DNA from: Patescibacteria group bacterium
GTDB lineage: Bacteria > Patescibacteriota > Patescibacteriia > UM-FILTER-42-10
Direction of reading: 5' to 3'
Assembly: GCA_041666485.1 (NCBI GenBank)
Contig: JBAYGW010000003.1
Span: forward strand, 16,415 to 80,414
DNA: 64,000 nucleotides
This document shows positions 10,445 to 19,236 of this stretch, in pieces (within the stretch, counting starts at the first letter, position 1; every line of letters begins with the position of its first letter). The notes beneath the pieces are model-generated. The model saw nothing but the letters and a program-made list of their open reading frames with translations. It did not search any database and was not told where the DNA came from. Made by a program: the position numbers and the translations under genes.

Positions 10445-10572
10445 GGTGGGAGGACCGCCGTACCAAAAAGCAAGCAGTAATGCTACCCGCTGGGTGACAT
10501 TGACTGACGGGATTCGTCTCGTCCGTGGGCAGATGTTGCCCTCTGGGATGCTAAAGTGCGCGTCCTCCCACC
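10445..10572 (+). other. GC-rich structured element closed by an 11-bp perfect helix (candidate ncRNA or leader)
   Basis: GGTGGGAGGAC (10446-10456) pairs with GTCCTCCCACC (10563-10573, running into a CCCC run); internal hairpins GGGCAgatgTTGCCC and AGCAgtaaTGCT; not matched to any RNA family I know. Confidence 0.3.
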
Positions 10573-10760
10573 CCACTTTCTTCTACAAATTGCTTTGTGC
10601 GGACGCTTAAGTCCGTTTGTGATAGTCACCCCACAACCCGATCCTACAGGGAGGTACGCCAAATGTACTCGTGGAGTTACGCACGCCACGGGTTCGGTTG
10701 ACCTGCGATCTTCTCCGTCTGAGTAGTCAATGCCCACGACTCAAAATGAGGAGATCTCGC

Positions 10761-11126
10761 ATGTGCGACAAGACCCAATGGAACGCGGGGCACGTCCTCG
10801 TCGTCCAGACCGTGTTCCCGACCGACAGCGAATCCCCCGGCGGTTTCTCGCGCAGCGTCATGTTGTGCACCTGTGGGAGCTGCCTGAGCTCCAACAACCC
10901 GATGACGCCCGCAGGGCCCCTGCACAGCTACCTGAAACGGTGCTTTGAGCAGGACGCTGCTGATGCGGTGGCGGGGGGCCTTGAGCCGCCCGTCAACCTC
11001 CTGAGCATGCCGAAGCTTGACCCGCGCACCGGCGCCGAGAAGCCGACCAAGAAGCAGGCAGCCATGCTGATCAAGCAGATCGGTCCGGACGCCTTCGCTT
11101 CCGACATCGTCGCGGCCTACGCCTAG
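10761..11126 (+). CDS. hypothetical protein (GC-rich island gene 1)
   Basis: ORF about 60%+ GC; GAGGAG SD 6 nt upstream of ATG 10761; followed by strong terminator; no known domain. Confidence 0.45.
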   Translation: MCDKTQWNAGHVLVVQTVFPTDSESPGGFSRSVMLCTCGSCLSSNNPMTPAGPLHSYLKRCFEQDAADAVAGGLEPPVNLLSMPKLDPRTGAEKPTKKQAAMLIKQIGPDAFASDIVAAYA

Positions 11127-11159
11127 CGTAGGAGAAGAAGTACATCGTTGAAGGACATC

Positions 11160-11192
11160 GGGCGAATCCACTGGATTCGCCCATTTTTTTAT
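11160..11192 (+). terminator. rho-independent terminator
   Basis: GGGCGAATCC-act-GGATTCGCCC 10-bp perfect stem followed by ATTTTTTTATT. Confidence 0.7.
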
Positions 11193-11200
11193 TATGAATA

Positions 11201-11229
11201 TTGACAGAAGAAGTGGAATACAATACCAT
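11201..11229 (+). promoter_or_regulatory. sigma70-like promoter (TTGACA-17-TACCAT)
   Basis: TTGACA at 11201, TACCAT at 11224 with 17-nt spacer, upstream of SD GGAGGAGG. Confidence 0.4.
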
Positions 11230-11276
11230 TGTTAACGCCCGCTGATTGTAAGACATCCTTCATGGAGGAGGTGGAC

Positions 11277-11573
11277 ATGTCCCAAAGTCGGCTGGTGATG
11301 TTCTTAATGCTCTTTCTCGGACTGACTCTCTCTCCCCTGTTTCTTGTCGTTGCGGCGGTTATGTTCCTTGCTCCCTCGGAGCCGAAGCTCATCCCCCGGG
11401 ATGATGAAGGGAGACGTTGCTGTCCCGTCTGCCACTCCAGACACTATCTCATCTTCCCGACTCGGCAGAAGAGCTACTTCGGCCATTCCTGGATTTCAGC
11501 ATTTTGCAGAAACCAAATGGAATACCGCTACCAGGACTGCACAATGAGCTGGAAAGAATCCGGGGACGGCTAA
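11277..11573 (+). CDS. hypothetical small membrane protein with CC..C.C..H cluster (GC-rich island gene 2)
   Basis: 99 aa from ATG after GGAGGAGG SD; N-terminal TM helix; CCPVCHSRH. Confidence 0.45.
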   Translation: MSQSRLVMFLMLFLGLTLSPLFLVVAAVMFLAPSEPKLIPRDDEGRRCCPVCHSRHYLIFPTRQKSYFGHSWISAFCRNQMEYRYQDCTMSWKESGDG

Positions 11574-11623
11574 ACCGCGTTGATGTTCTATCAGCGCTTT
11601 TTTTATATATTTATTTGACGTTA

Positions 11624-11959
11624 CTATCTGAAGATTTTAGACAGAAACCAGTTTACAATAGCCAGTACAATACCAAACAGCAATGCCCACCAAAAGCTTG
11701 CTATGGAAAATCCCGGAACAATTAACGCCATCAGCATAACCAATAATGCGTTAATCACCAGCGTAAACAAGCCAAGCGTCAGAATATTGATCGGCAGAGT
11801 AAAAATTACTAAAACAGGTTTGATAAATATATTAATCAGACCCAATACCAACGCCCCGACAAAAGCGACAAAAAAACCATCAACCGCTACGCCCGGTAGC
11901 AGATAGGCTGTGATCAGGATTGCGACCGTTGAAATTAGCCATTTAATAAGGATTTTCAT
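11624..11959 (-). CDS. DUF360 / phage-holin-4_2 family membrane protein
   Basis: 111 aa, 4 TM; YLLPGV motif; AT-rich native composition. Confidence 0.55.
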   Translation of the reverse strand: MKILIKWLISTVAILITAYLLPGVAVDGFFVAFVGALVLGLINIFIKPVLVIFTLPINILTLGLFTLVINALLVMLMALIVPGFSIASFWWALLFGIVLAIVNWFLSKIFR

Positions 11960-12156
11960 ATTGTTTTATTTAATGATTATGAAATCTTAGCTCTCTCTCC
12001 ATCAACCCAAAATAGTTGTTCATTATTAACAAAAGTAGGTATAATTAATGTACAAATATATTTTAGCACAATTCGCATAAAATACTCTATATTGCTGAAA
12101 TACGACATATATTCGTGTTGAAACGGGTTAAGTGAAATTCTAAATCTATTTTACAT

Positions 12157-13206
12157 ATGACAAACCATTACGAACAACAATTACAATTTGCTGCCCGTCG
12201 TGAGCAAGAGTCACTATTTACTGACGAGAATTGGATGGTACGCGTCAACAACGAGCTCCATAGTACGTACTTACCACTAGATAAGGATAAAGAAACACTA
12301 AGACCAGAATATCATGCTAAATTACTGGAAGATGCAGAGGCGTATTACCTGAACATTGGTGACGATTTCAATACATTTCGTCTACGATTGAAAAGAGGAA
12401 ATTTACGGGAAGCTGAACAACTAGCGCAAGTATTTTTATCTAAAACAGAAGAACCTAATTTTTTCGCCCATTACACTTCACACCCAGAGGCAATGGACGA
12501 TGCAAACATTCTTGAATTAAAAAAAACATACGTTTTGAGTGATTTAGCGAGATATAAGAAAGATGAAGAGTTACAAAAACAAGCTGCTGCAAGATTCATT
12601 ACTTACGCGGAAAATCAATCGCAACGTGATGAACTATCTGGCTACGAGGCATCAGCTCTCGGATTCTGGCAGGCACGAAGTCTTGTTACAGAAAACAAGC
12701 GAGCTGATATTTCAAATAATTGCATTGCCCAGTTTCGGAAAGCTGCTGAAGATAGAGCTAAAGTCGGGGATCGCTGGTGGGAAAGCATTGCACTGCGCCA
12801 AATAGGCAAAATCTCACCAGATCCAGCGGATAAGCAGGCAGCCTTACAAAGGTCAGAGGAACTGATTACGGAATATACGCAAATGGGCGATTACAAAAAA
12901 GCAGCCCTCTGGGCTCGCGATGTAAATGATCTCAATCCTTCAACAGAAAATGCTCAAAGAATGGAAGATTTGTGGAATGAAAACATAAGGAGAATGCAGG
13001 AAAGTGGTAATACGCGAGACATAGCTAAATCGCTCTGGTCTTTGTTCAAAAGGGTAAGAAAATACGATAGTGAAAAAGCTGAAGATTGCAGATTAAAGAC
13101 AATAGAGTGGTATGAGAAACTCTTATCCGAGGAAAAGGCTAAAAAGCAACCGAGAGAAGACAGAATACGCGAGTGCTATTGGGTATTCAGTGAGCTCATT
13201 CAATAA
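12157..13206 (+). CDS. hypothetical alpha-helical protein
   Basis: 349 aa, charged helical repeats, no recognised motif; slightly higher GC than neighbours. Confidence 0.5.
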   Translation: MTNHYEQQLQFAARREQESLFTDENWMVRVNNELHSTYLPLDKDKETLRPEYHAKLLEDAEAYYLNIGDDFNTFRLRLKRGNLREAEQLAQVFLSKTEEPNFFAHYTSHPEAMDDANILELKKTYVLSDLARYKKDEELQKQAAARFITYAENQSQRDELSGYEASALGFWQARSLVTENKRADISNNCIAQFRKAAEDRAKVGDRWWESIALRQIGKISPDPADKQAALQRSEELITEYTQMGDYKKAALWARDVNDLNPSTENAQRMEDLWNENIRRMQESGNTRDIAKSLWSLFKRVRKYDSEKAEDCRLKTIEWYEKLLSEEKAKKQPREDRIRECYWVFSELIQ

Positions 13207-13290
13207 ATTCAGAACTTCACACAACACCGCGTATGCGGAGAGTTTAAATCATATAGAAACAATCGGAAAATAATAAATATAGTATAATTT

Positions 13291-13779
13291 ATGACTAAAA
13301 AAATAGTTGGAATAATGGGTCCCGGTAGTAAAGCCACCATGAAGGACCTAAAAAACGCCTACAATATCGGAAAATTTTGTGCTGAAAATAACTGGGTTAC
13401 TTTAACAGGTGGCAGAAACAAAGGAGTAATGAATGAAGCATTAAAAGGCGCGAAAAAGGGTAACGGCTTAACTATCGGAATATTGCCAACTGATGAAAAA
13501 AATAAATTTTCTAAATTCCTAGATATTGCAATCTGCACAAATATGAGATCTGGAAGAAATTATATAAATGTTTTGTCTAGTGATATAGTAGTAGCCTGTG
13601 GTATAGACCCTGGCACATCTTCAGAGATCAGTTTGGCAATAAAACCAAAAAAGAATGTAATTTTAGTAGGACTTAATAAAGAGGCAAAAGACTTTTATAA
13701 AAAACTAGCCCCTAAACAAGTTTATTGTGTAAAAAATTATATAGAAGCAAATAAAATATTAGCTGAAAAACTTGGGTGA
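13291..13779 (+). CDS. TIGR00725-family LOG-like (SLOG superfamily) Rossmann protein
   Basis: 162 aa; GIMGPG, LTGG..GVMNEA, IGILP, RN.INVLSSD..VA.G..GT.SE pattern of LOG/TIGR00725 proteins; TATAAT just upstream. Confidence 0.6.
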   Translation: MTKKIVGIMGPGSKATMKDLKNAYNIGKFCAENNWVTLTGGRNKGVMNEALKGAKKGNGLTIGILPTDEKNKFSKFLDIAICTNMRSGRNYINVLSSDIVVACGIDPGTSSEISLAIKPKKNVILVGLNKEAKDFYKKLAPKQVYCVKNYIEANKILAEKLG

Positions 13780-13785
13780 TTTTTT

Positions 13786-13992
13786 GTGTCATACATCACC
13801 CCCGACCTTGACGAAGCTGGCAAAAAACAACTTGCGGATGTTGTATTAGCTATGAGAAAAGATTTGTTAGGCAGAAAAACTAAATTAAAACATGATGATA
13901 TAAAATATTTCATGTTACTTACGACAAATAGTAATATATTTTACTTCGTACAACACGCATTAGGAGAAATGCATAAACCAATTGAAAATTAA
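13786..13992 (+). CDS. hypothetical small protein
   Basis: 68-aa ORF between the two SLOG genes; start uncertain. Confidence 0.25.
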   Translation: MSYITPDLDEAGKKQLADVVLAMRKDLLGRKTKLKHDDIKYFMLLTTNSNIFYFVQHALGEMHKPIEN

Positions 13993-14001
13993 ATAAATAG
14001 A

Positions 14002-14418
14002 ATGAAAATTGTAATTTGCGGAAGTATGTCGTCAGCAGTTAAGATGTTAAACGCTGAGAAAGAATTACTTCAAAAAGGCCATAAAGTTGTATTACCAAAA
14101 CATACAAAAGAATATGCAGAAATAGAATCGGAGGCGGACACATCACATGAATCAATCAAGGACAAAATTGAACAAGATCTAATACGAGACTATTTTGAAG
14201 AGATAAAAAACGCTGATGCAGTTTTGATTATTAATGTTGATAAATACGGTATTCAAAATTATATCGGTGGAAATGCTTTTCTGGAAATGGGTTTTGCATA
14301 TGTTCTCAGTAAACCAATTTATATACTCAATCAAATTCCGGAAATATTTTATAAAGATGAGATTTTGGCAATGCAGCCGATTACACTTAACGGAAATTTA
14401 TCTAAAATACATTTATAG
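14002..14418 (+). CDS. nucleoside 2-deoxyribosyltransferase-like protein (SLOG superfamily)
   Basis: 138 aa; MKIVICGSMS...ADAVLIINVDKYG...GGNAFLEMGFAYVLSKPIYIL typical of Nuc_deoxyrib_tr-like proteins. Confidence 0.55.
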   Translation: MKIVICGSMSSAVKMLNAEKELLQKGHKVVLPKHTKEYAEIESEADTSHESIKDKIEQDLIRDYFEEIKNADAVLIINVDKYGIQNYIGGNAFLEMGFAYVLSKPIYILNQIPEIFYKDEILAMQPITLNGNLSKIHL

Positions 14419-14692
14419 TTAGCAAATTTTTACCATTTTCTTCTATTGTTATATAATAAGAAAACAATAAAAATCAAGCATCGCACCAGCCTTGGCGAGG
14501 CGGGCAACACCGGATATCACCACTACGGTCTAGAACCCTTGGGGGCCTTTTTCAAGGAATTTCAGAGAGTTTTTCAAGAGGTCACCCCGTCATACGACGG
14601 GGCAGGAAATGAGACAAAAGAGACAGTGCAGAGGGGTGTCTTATTCTTGACTCATTTAAATAACAGTAGCGTAATATTTACACGTTTAATTA

Positions 14693-14722
14693 TCTCAAAA
14701 GGCACGAATTGATATTCGTGCC
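14693..14722 (-). terminator. hairpin GGCACGAAT..ATTCGTGCC followed on minus strand by TTTTGAGAT
   Basis: 9-bp stem; plausible terminator for minus-strand gene 14856..15392. Confidence 0.4.
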
Positions 14723-14855
14723 CATATGCTATCTATAAGAATTAGACAATTATAACAACTTAATTTGTAAAACAGATACAAGAGACACAATGTCTATTAT
14801 AATTTTTCAACTAAATCATTAACTTCTTCGACATTAATTATGATTAGCTAAAAGA

Positions 14856-15392
14856 TTATTGCGCAGCAGGATAATTGACACGACCCAGATCGCGCGTTAA
14901 TGCCCACCATAAAGACGTCTTTGTAACCGATGGTAGCGATCCGGAAGTATCTTCAGGTATTGATAATACATCGTCCATTAATTGTCCTTGAATATACTGA
15001 CCCGGCACAAAAAGAGAGACTGCGGTCGCTGCGCTGGGATTCGGGTGATTCAACACTGTTAACTGTCCGTTAGTACGCATAACGTCTCTAATCATTAAAA
15101 CTCTTCCAATATATCCATCTGACTCGGTAAATGGATTACTATTTGGCGCGACTGCTGTATATGCATAAAAGCGAAATGAATTTGCAAAAGTCGGGCTAAG
15201 ATAAAAATAAATGCCCAAGAGTACAAATGTAAAACCAACCAAAGTAAAAAAGGAACCGACAATTAAGGAAATCCTTTTCCAAAGACTCCCTTTTGATTTG
15301 ATAATAAATATAATCAAAACAACCACTGCAATTAATATCAGCGGCATAATGACCGCCAAGCTTATGTAGTTTAAACCAAGGTTTGCTTGCAT
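14856..15392 (-). CDS. hypothetical membrane protein
   Basis: 178 aa, two N-terminal TM helices then extracytoplasmic domain. Confidence 0.45.
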   Translation of the reverse strand: MQANLGLNYISLAVIMPLILIAVVVLIIFIIKSKGSLWKRISLIVGSFFTLVGFTFVLLGIYFYLSPTFANSFRFYAYTAVAPNSNPFTESDGYIGRVLMIRDVMRTNGQLTVLNHPNPSAATAVSLFVPGQYIQGQLMDDVLSIPEDTSGSLPSVTKTSLWWALTRDLGRVNYPAAQ

Positions 15393-15452
15393 ATGTTTTA
15401 TAATAAAGATTTATATGTATATATTATATCATTTTATATAAAAGTATAATAG

Positions 15453-15491
15453 TATAAAAATGGCTCTGACAACGAATTCGTCGCCAGAGCC
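15453..15491 (-). terminator. GC-rich intrinsic terminator of the secreted-protein gene
   Basis: GGCTCTGACAACG-aatt-CGTCGCCAGAGCC followed on minus strand by ATTTTTAT. Confidence 0.6.
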
Positions 15492-15514
15492 TTGAATGAA
15501 ACAGGAGCGCTATA

Positions 15515-15895
15515 CTACGGACAGCTGCCGATCCACGGGGTCGGACTGCCCGTGTAGTCGAATGCCAGGCAACCGAGATGCGTCGTACCACCACCGAGGG
15601 TCTTCGACGGCCAGGTGTTGGACTGAATGTTGATGTCATTCACCCATGCCTTGCCGATGTAACCGGAACCAGACGGAAGTCCCGAGACAGAGATCAGTCG
15701 TTGCCCGAGCGGGAGCGTGACCATCGTGTTCTGCCAACGGACTGTGCTCCCCTGGATGATCTGCACCGTGTACGTGAATGATGATGGACCTCTCACCGTC
15801 ACCTGAGCAGTGCCGGCATGGGCGACGCTAACAGATCCGATGGACACCATCACGACGAGGACAAACAGCAGGATGACACTCTTGAAGATCTTCAT
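15515..15895 (-). CDS. small secreted protein (signal peptide), high-GC codon usage
   Basis: 126 aa; MKIFKSVILLFVLVVMVSIGSVSVAHA signal; about 60% GC; AAAGGTGG SD; C-terminal Cys pair. Confidence 0.55.
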   Translation of the reverse strand: MKIFKSVILLFVLVVMVSIGSVSVAHAGTAQVTVRGPSSFTYTVQIIQGSTVRWQNTMVTLPLGQRLISVSGLPSGSGYIGKAWVNDINIQSNTWPSKTLGGGTTHLGCLAFDYTGSPTPWIGSCP

Positions 15896-16459
15896 GATCT
15901 TCCACCTTTCATGCGAGTTTGCCTATGCTGTAATGACCAATGAAGCTACGATGAACTCTTACCTCCTTTCTCAAATAGGAAACGAACGATGAATCATTCC
16001 TGGTGTAACCAAGAACGTTATTAAAAGTATGTATGAGTATCAAAATTATTGCAAGAATAAACTTGCGTTATGAAATCTCGGAATCCAAACTACTTTCTCT
16101 TTTTAGAGTGATGATTGAGTGTCCACCAACATCGAAATCAAGATTTTGATGTATTAATGCGTACAGTTTTTTTATAATATGACCATCTTAGACAAACCCA
16201 GACAATATGATTACCGATAATATCAGACAAAATAAATGCCCTTGGAATGAAGCAGAAATGTAAACACTCACAAATGTGCTGTAAAAAATATTTCAATTTG
16301 TGATTATTTCTGTGGGATTGAATATCTAGATAATGTTTTGTGTTGTTATCCCGATAAAAATACTTTGCTAGATAATAAACAAAACAAATAATTTTATTCC
16401 TTAACGCTCGCTCTGGACGCCGGAATATCCTATTCTGTTAGCTGATTGCCGGATAAATT

Positions 16460-17461
16460 TCAGGCTATCGGGTTATTCTCCATCTTTTCACTTTCATCTT
16501 CAATCTCCCCCACCAACTCTTCCAATAGATCTTCCAGCGTGGCAATACCGACGGCTTTTTGTTGCTTGTCCACAACTACTGCAATGTGAACATGAGTTTT
16601 CTGAAAAATTTTGAACAGGTAATTTATTTTAAAATCCTCATCTACAATAATCGGTTTTTTTGCAACCTGTTCAATACGAGCGTTGCCTTTATTTTTTACA
16701 AGTTCTCTAGCAATATCTTTCACTAGTGCAATCCCCACGATGTCATGCTTGTCAGATTTATATACCGGAACACGCGAATAGCCACTGGTAATAATTTCAC
16801 TCATCGCTTCTGAAATTGTTTTTTCACCTTGGAGCATAAAAACGTTTTTAAAAGGGACCATAATCTCTTTTGCTAAAGTATCGCTGAATATCAAAGCCTG
16901 GTTCATAATATATTGCTCGTGCGGTTGAATTACATTTCTTTCCACGCCAAACTGGATCATTTCCTTGATTTCTGTTTCCGTAATTAATTCTTGATCAGGG
17001 ATTTTTACAATTCTGTGCATTAAATTTGTAATCCATTCCAAAAACCAGACAAACGGATAAATAATTAAACCGAAATAGTAAACCGGCCTGGAAATAAATA
17101 AAGCTATGGCACCGGCATTACGGTTGGCAAATGTCTTTGGCATAATTTCACCAAAGATTAAGATCAACAAAGTCAGAATGCCCGTTGCTAATCCGATCAC
17201 ACCTGATCCAAAATGTTCTGAGACAATAATTGCCGTCATGGAGGCCGCGGAGATGTTTGCGATGTTATTGCCGATTAAAACTATAATAATCATCCGGCGA
17301 GGTCTTTCCTTTAGTTTGCGTAAAATACGCGAGCCGCGCTTATTTTCTTTAAGATACGTACGCACCTTTAAATCTGTTACCGAAAGCAAAGCAACCTCGG
17401 CAGCGGAAAAATATCCGGAGATCAGCAACAGAACAAATAAGATTAAAATGTTGGTCCACAT
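16460..17461 (-). CDS. CNNM/CorC-family protein (DUF21 transmembrane domain + CBS pair)
   Basis: 333 aa; N-terminal SGYFSAAEVALLSV DUF21, tandem CBS. Confidence 0.8.
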   Translation of the reverse strand: MWTNILILFVLLLISGYFSAAEVALLSVTDLKVRTYLKENKRGSRILRKLKERPRRMIIIVLIGNNIANISAASMTAIIVSEHFGSGVIGLATGILTLLILIFGEIMPKTFANRNAGAIALFISRPVYYFGLIIYPFVWFLEWITNLMHRIVKIPDQELITETEIKEMIQFGVERNVIQPHEQYIMNQALIFSDTLAKEIMVPFKNVFMLQGEKTISEAMSEIITSGYSRVPVYKSDKHDIVGIALVKDIARELVKNKGNARIEQVAKKPIIVDEDFKINYLFKIFQKTHVHIAVVVDKQQKAVGIATLEDLLEELVGEIEDESEKMENNPIA

Positions 17462-17462
17462 A

Positions 17463-18041
17463 CTACTTTACTATATTTATGTTGAATTTTTTTAGTGCCC
17501 TGACTAAAGCATAGATGGGCAAACCGACAATGCTAAAGAAATCACCTTCCAACTTGCGGATCAGCACTGCACCATACCCCTGAACGGCAAATGCTCCCGC
17601 TTTATCTAAAGGTTCACGTGTTCCAATATACCAGTTTATTTCCTCTGATGATAGCTTTTTGATGGAGACTTTTGCGGTGCTATAATCAGAATATTTCCTT
17701 TTTGTTCTTGCGTCAACTATAGCAAATCCGGTGATTACATTCACACTCTTCCCGCTGATCATTTTTAACATTCTTCGGGTATCTTCCTTGTCTTTCGGCT
17801 TGCCTAATAGCTTATTACCCAAAACAACAAAAGTATCAGCGCCAATTACTATCCCCTCTGCATGTTTCTTTGCCACAGACTGGGCTTTGTTAAGCGCCAA
17901 AAACTTCGCCAGCCTCACAGGCGACAGATTTATTTTCATATCCTCCGGATATTCGCTGGCTTCCACAGAAAATTTTACTTTCAACATTTTCAGCAATTCT
18001 ATTCTCCTGGGGGAGGTTGATGCCAAAATTATTTTTTGCAT
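17463..18041 (-). CDS. maf: Maf-like nucleoside triphosphate pyrophosphatase
   Basis: 192 aa; IILASTSPRRIELL, GADTVV-like core. Confidence 0.85.
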   Translation of the reverse strand: MQKIILASTSPRRIELLKMLKVKFSVEASEYPEDMKINLSPVRLAKFLALNKAQSVAKKHAEGIVIGADTFVVLGNKLLGKPKDKEDTRRMLKMISGKSVNVITGFAIVDARTKRKYSDYSTAKVSIKKLSSEEINWYIGTREPLDKAGAFAVQGYGAVLIRKLEGDFFSIVGLPIYALVRALKKFNINIVK

Positions 18042-18054
18042 TTCAGAATTATAA

Positions 18055-18753
18055 TCATCTTATCATCAATTTTTTTACTAAATATAACGGCAATGTCGCG
18101 ATCAGCGCAAGCATTTCCATTAATGCTCCCAGTGACACAACGGGCCCCATATATTTGTTCTGTAGCATATTCAGTGTATTTTTGCCTACATCATAGTATA
18201 TCATCAAACCACCTAAAATTATTAAAAACAAAATTCCCCAAATTGCATTTTTGATATCAACACTGCTCGGTGCAATAGAGGCGGAAATCCCCGTCGCAAG
18301 ATATAAAAACAGCCAGAACTTCCAGTCAGAAGCAAACTCGCGAAAAAAATCAAGAGCGCTTTGAAAAAGACCATTAATATTTTGTAGAAATGTGACGGAA
18401 AAATCAACACTCGGCAAAGTATTGTGATAACCGAAAAGCACAAAAAGTCCCCAGAGCGACAGTGAGCACCCGATGAGCGGAGCCAATCCGATCAGTGGTT
18501 TGCCGATTATCGGTATTCTTGGCTGACCGTGTTCCACCTCTCCCCCCTCCGGCGCAAAAAAACGGATCCTCATTATCTTTGCCCGCATCAGTACACACGC
18601 TATTGCGTGGCTAAGCTCATGGATAATGATTCCCGGCGTGATAAACCACCGATAACCATGGCGGGGGAAAATTCTGCTCCACAAAAAATCTAACAAAAAA
18701 CTGAAAATAATCAGCAGGACAAACCACGTCAGAAATGCCAGATAGTTTGCCAT
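18055..18753 (-). CDS. polytopic membrane protein with HExxH motif (putative M50B-like zinc metalloprotease)
   Basis: 232 aa; IIHELSHAIA; multiple TM helices. Confidence 0.4.
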   Translation of the reverse strand: MANYLAFLTWFVLLIIFSFLLDFLWSRIFPRHGYRWFITPGIIIHELSHAIACVLMRAKIMRIRFFAPEGGEVEHGQPRIPIIGKPLIGLAPLIGCSLSLWGLFVLFGYHNTLPSVDFSVTFLQNINGLFQSALDFFREFASDWKFWLFLYLATGISASIAPSSVDIKNAIWGILFLIILGGLMIYYDVGKNTLNMLQNKYMGPVVSLGALMEMLALIATLPLYLVKKLMIR

Positions 18754-18771
18754 ATGATATTCAGCTAATAA

Positions 18772-19236
18772 TTATTGTCCGATGTATGAACTTTGGACTC
18801 TAAAAGTGCTCGTGCTGGTTGCTCCGGCCGATTCAAAATATTCACCCGACTTATTCACAAGTTTAATTCTTAGAATATAGTTACCCTCATCAACAGTCCT
18901 GACCATCTGGCTGCCGCCTTTACTCAGAACGTTGTACGAACCGGGCACGATTATTATCGTTTCACCATTTTTTATCAATTCCAGGTCAATTCTCTGCACC
19001 GCCTGTGTTTCTCCGGACAGCACATATTGAGCAACCAACGGACCGGGATTCATTACGGCATTATTTGCCGGGGATAATATTTGTACTGATGGCTCCTCGT
19101 CAATTGTAATTTCTGCCTCAACATTTGAGTTACTATTATTTTCTTCCCTAAAATAATTATTTTGCGCAAGCCATGTCCAAATCAAAATTACTGCAGATAA
19201 TAAGGCAATTACAATTACTAATTTTTTGTTGTTCAT
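18772..19236 (-). CDS. hypothetical secreted/anchored protein
   Basis: 154 aa, N-terminal TM/signal. Confidence 0.4.
   Translation of the reverse strand: MNNKKLVIVIALLSAVILIWTWLAQNNYFREENNSNSNVEAEITIDEEPSVQILSPANNAVMNPGPLVAQYVLSGETQAVQRIDLELIKNGETIIIVPGSYNVLSKGGSQMVRTVDEGNYILRIKLVNKSGEYFESAGATSTSTFRVQSSYIGQ

Noticed and set aside
10677-11171. 164-aa minus-strand ORF, and other long antisense ORFs in GC-rich blocks (e.g. 55868..56962, 23281..23793, 23463..24056, 10483..10737)
   Set aside because: They are antisense to better-supported genes carrying SD sites and recognisable domains. High GC suppresses stop codons in all frames.
14446-14712. 88-aa plus-strand ORF in the GC-rich block
   Set aside because: No SD, no recognisable motif, and it overlaps hairpin-rich sequence. 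Kept as a possible ncRNA region instead.
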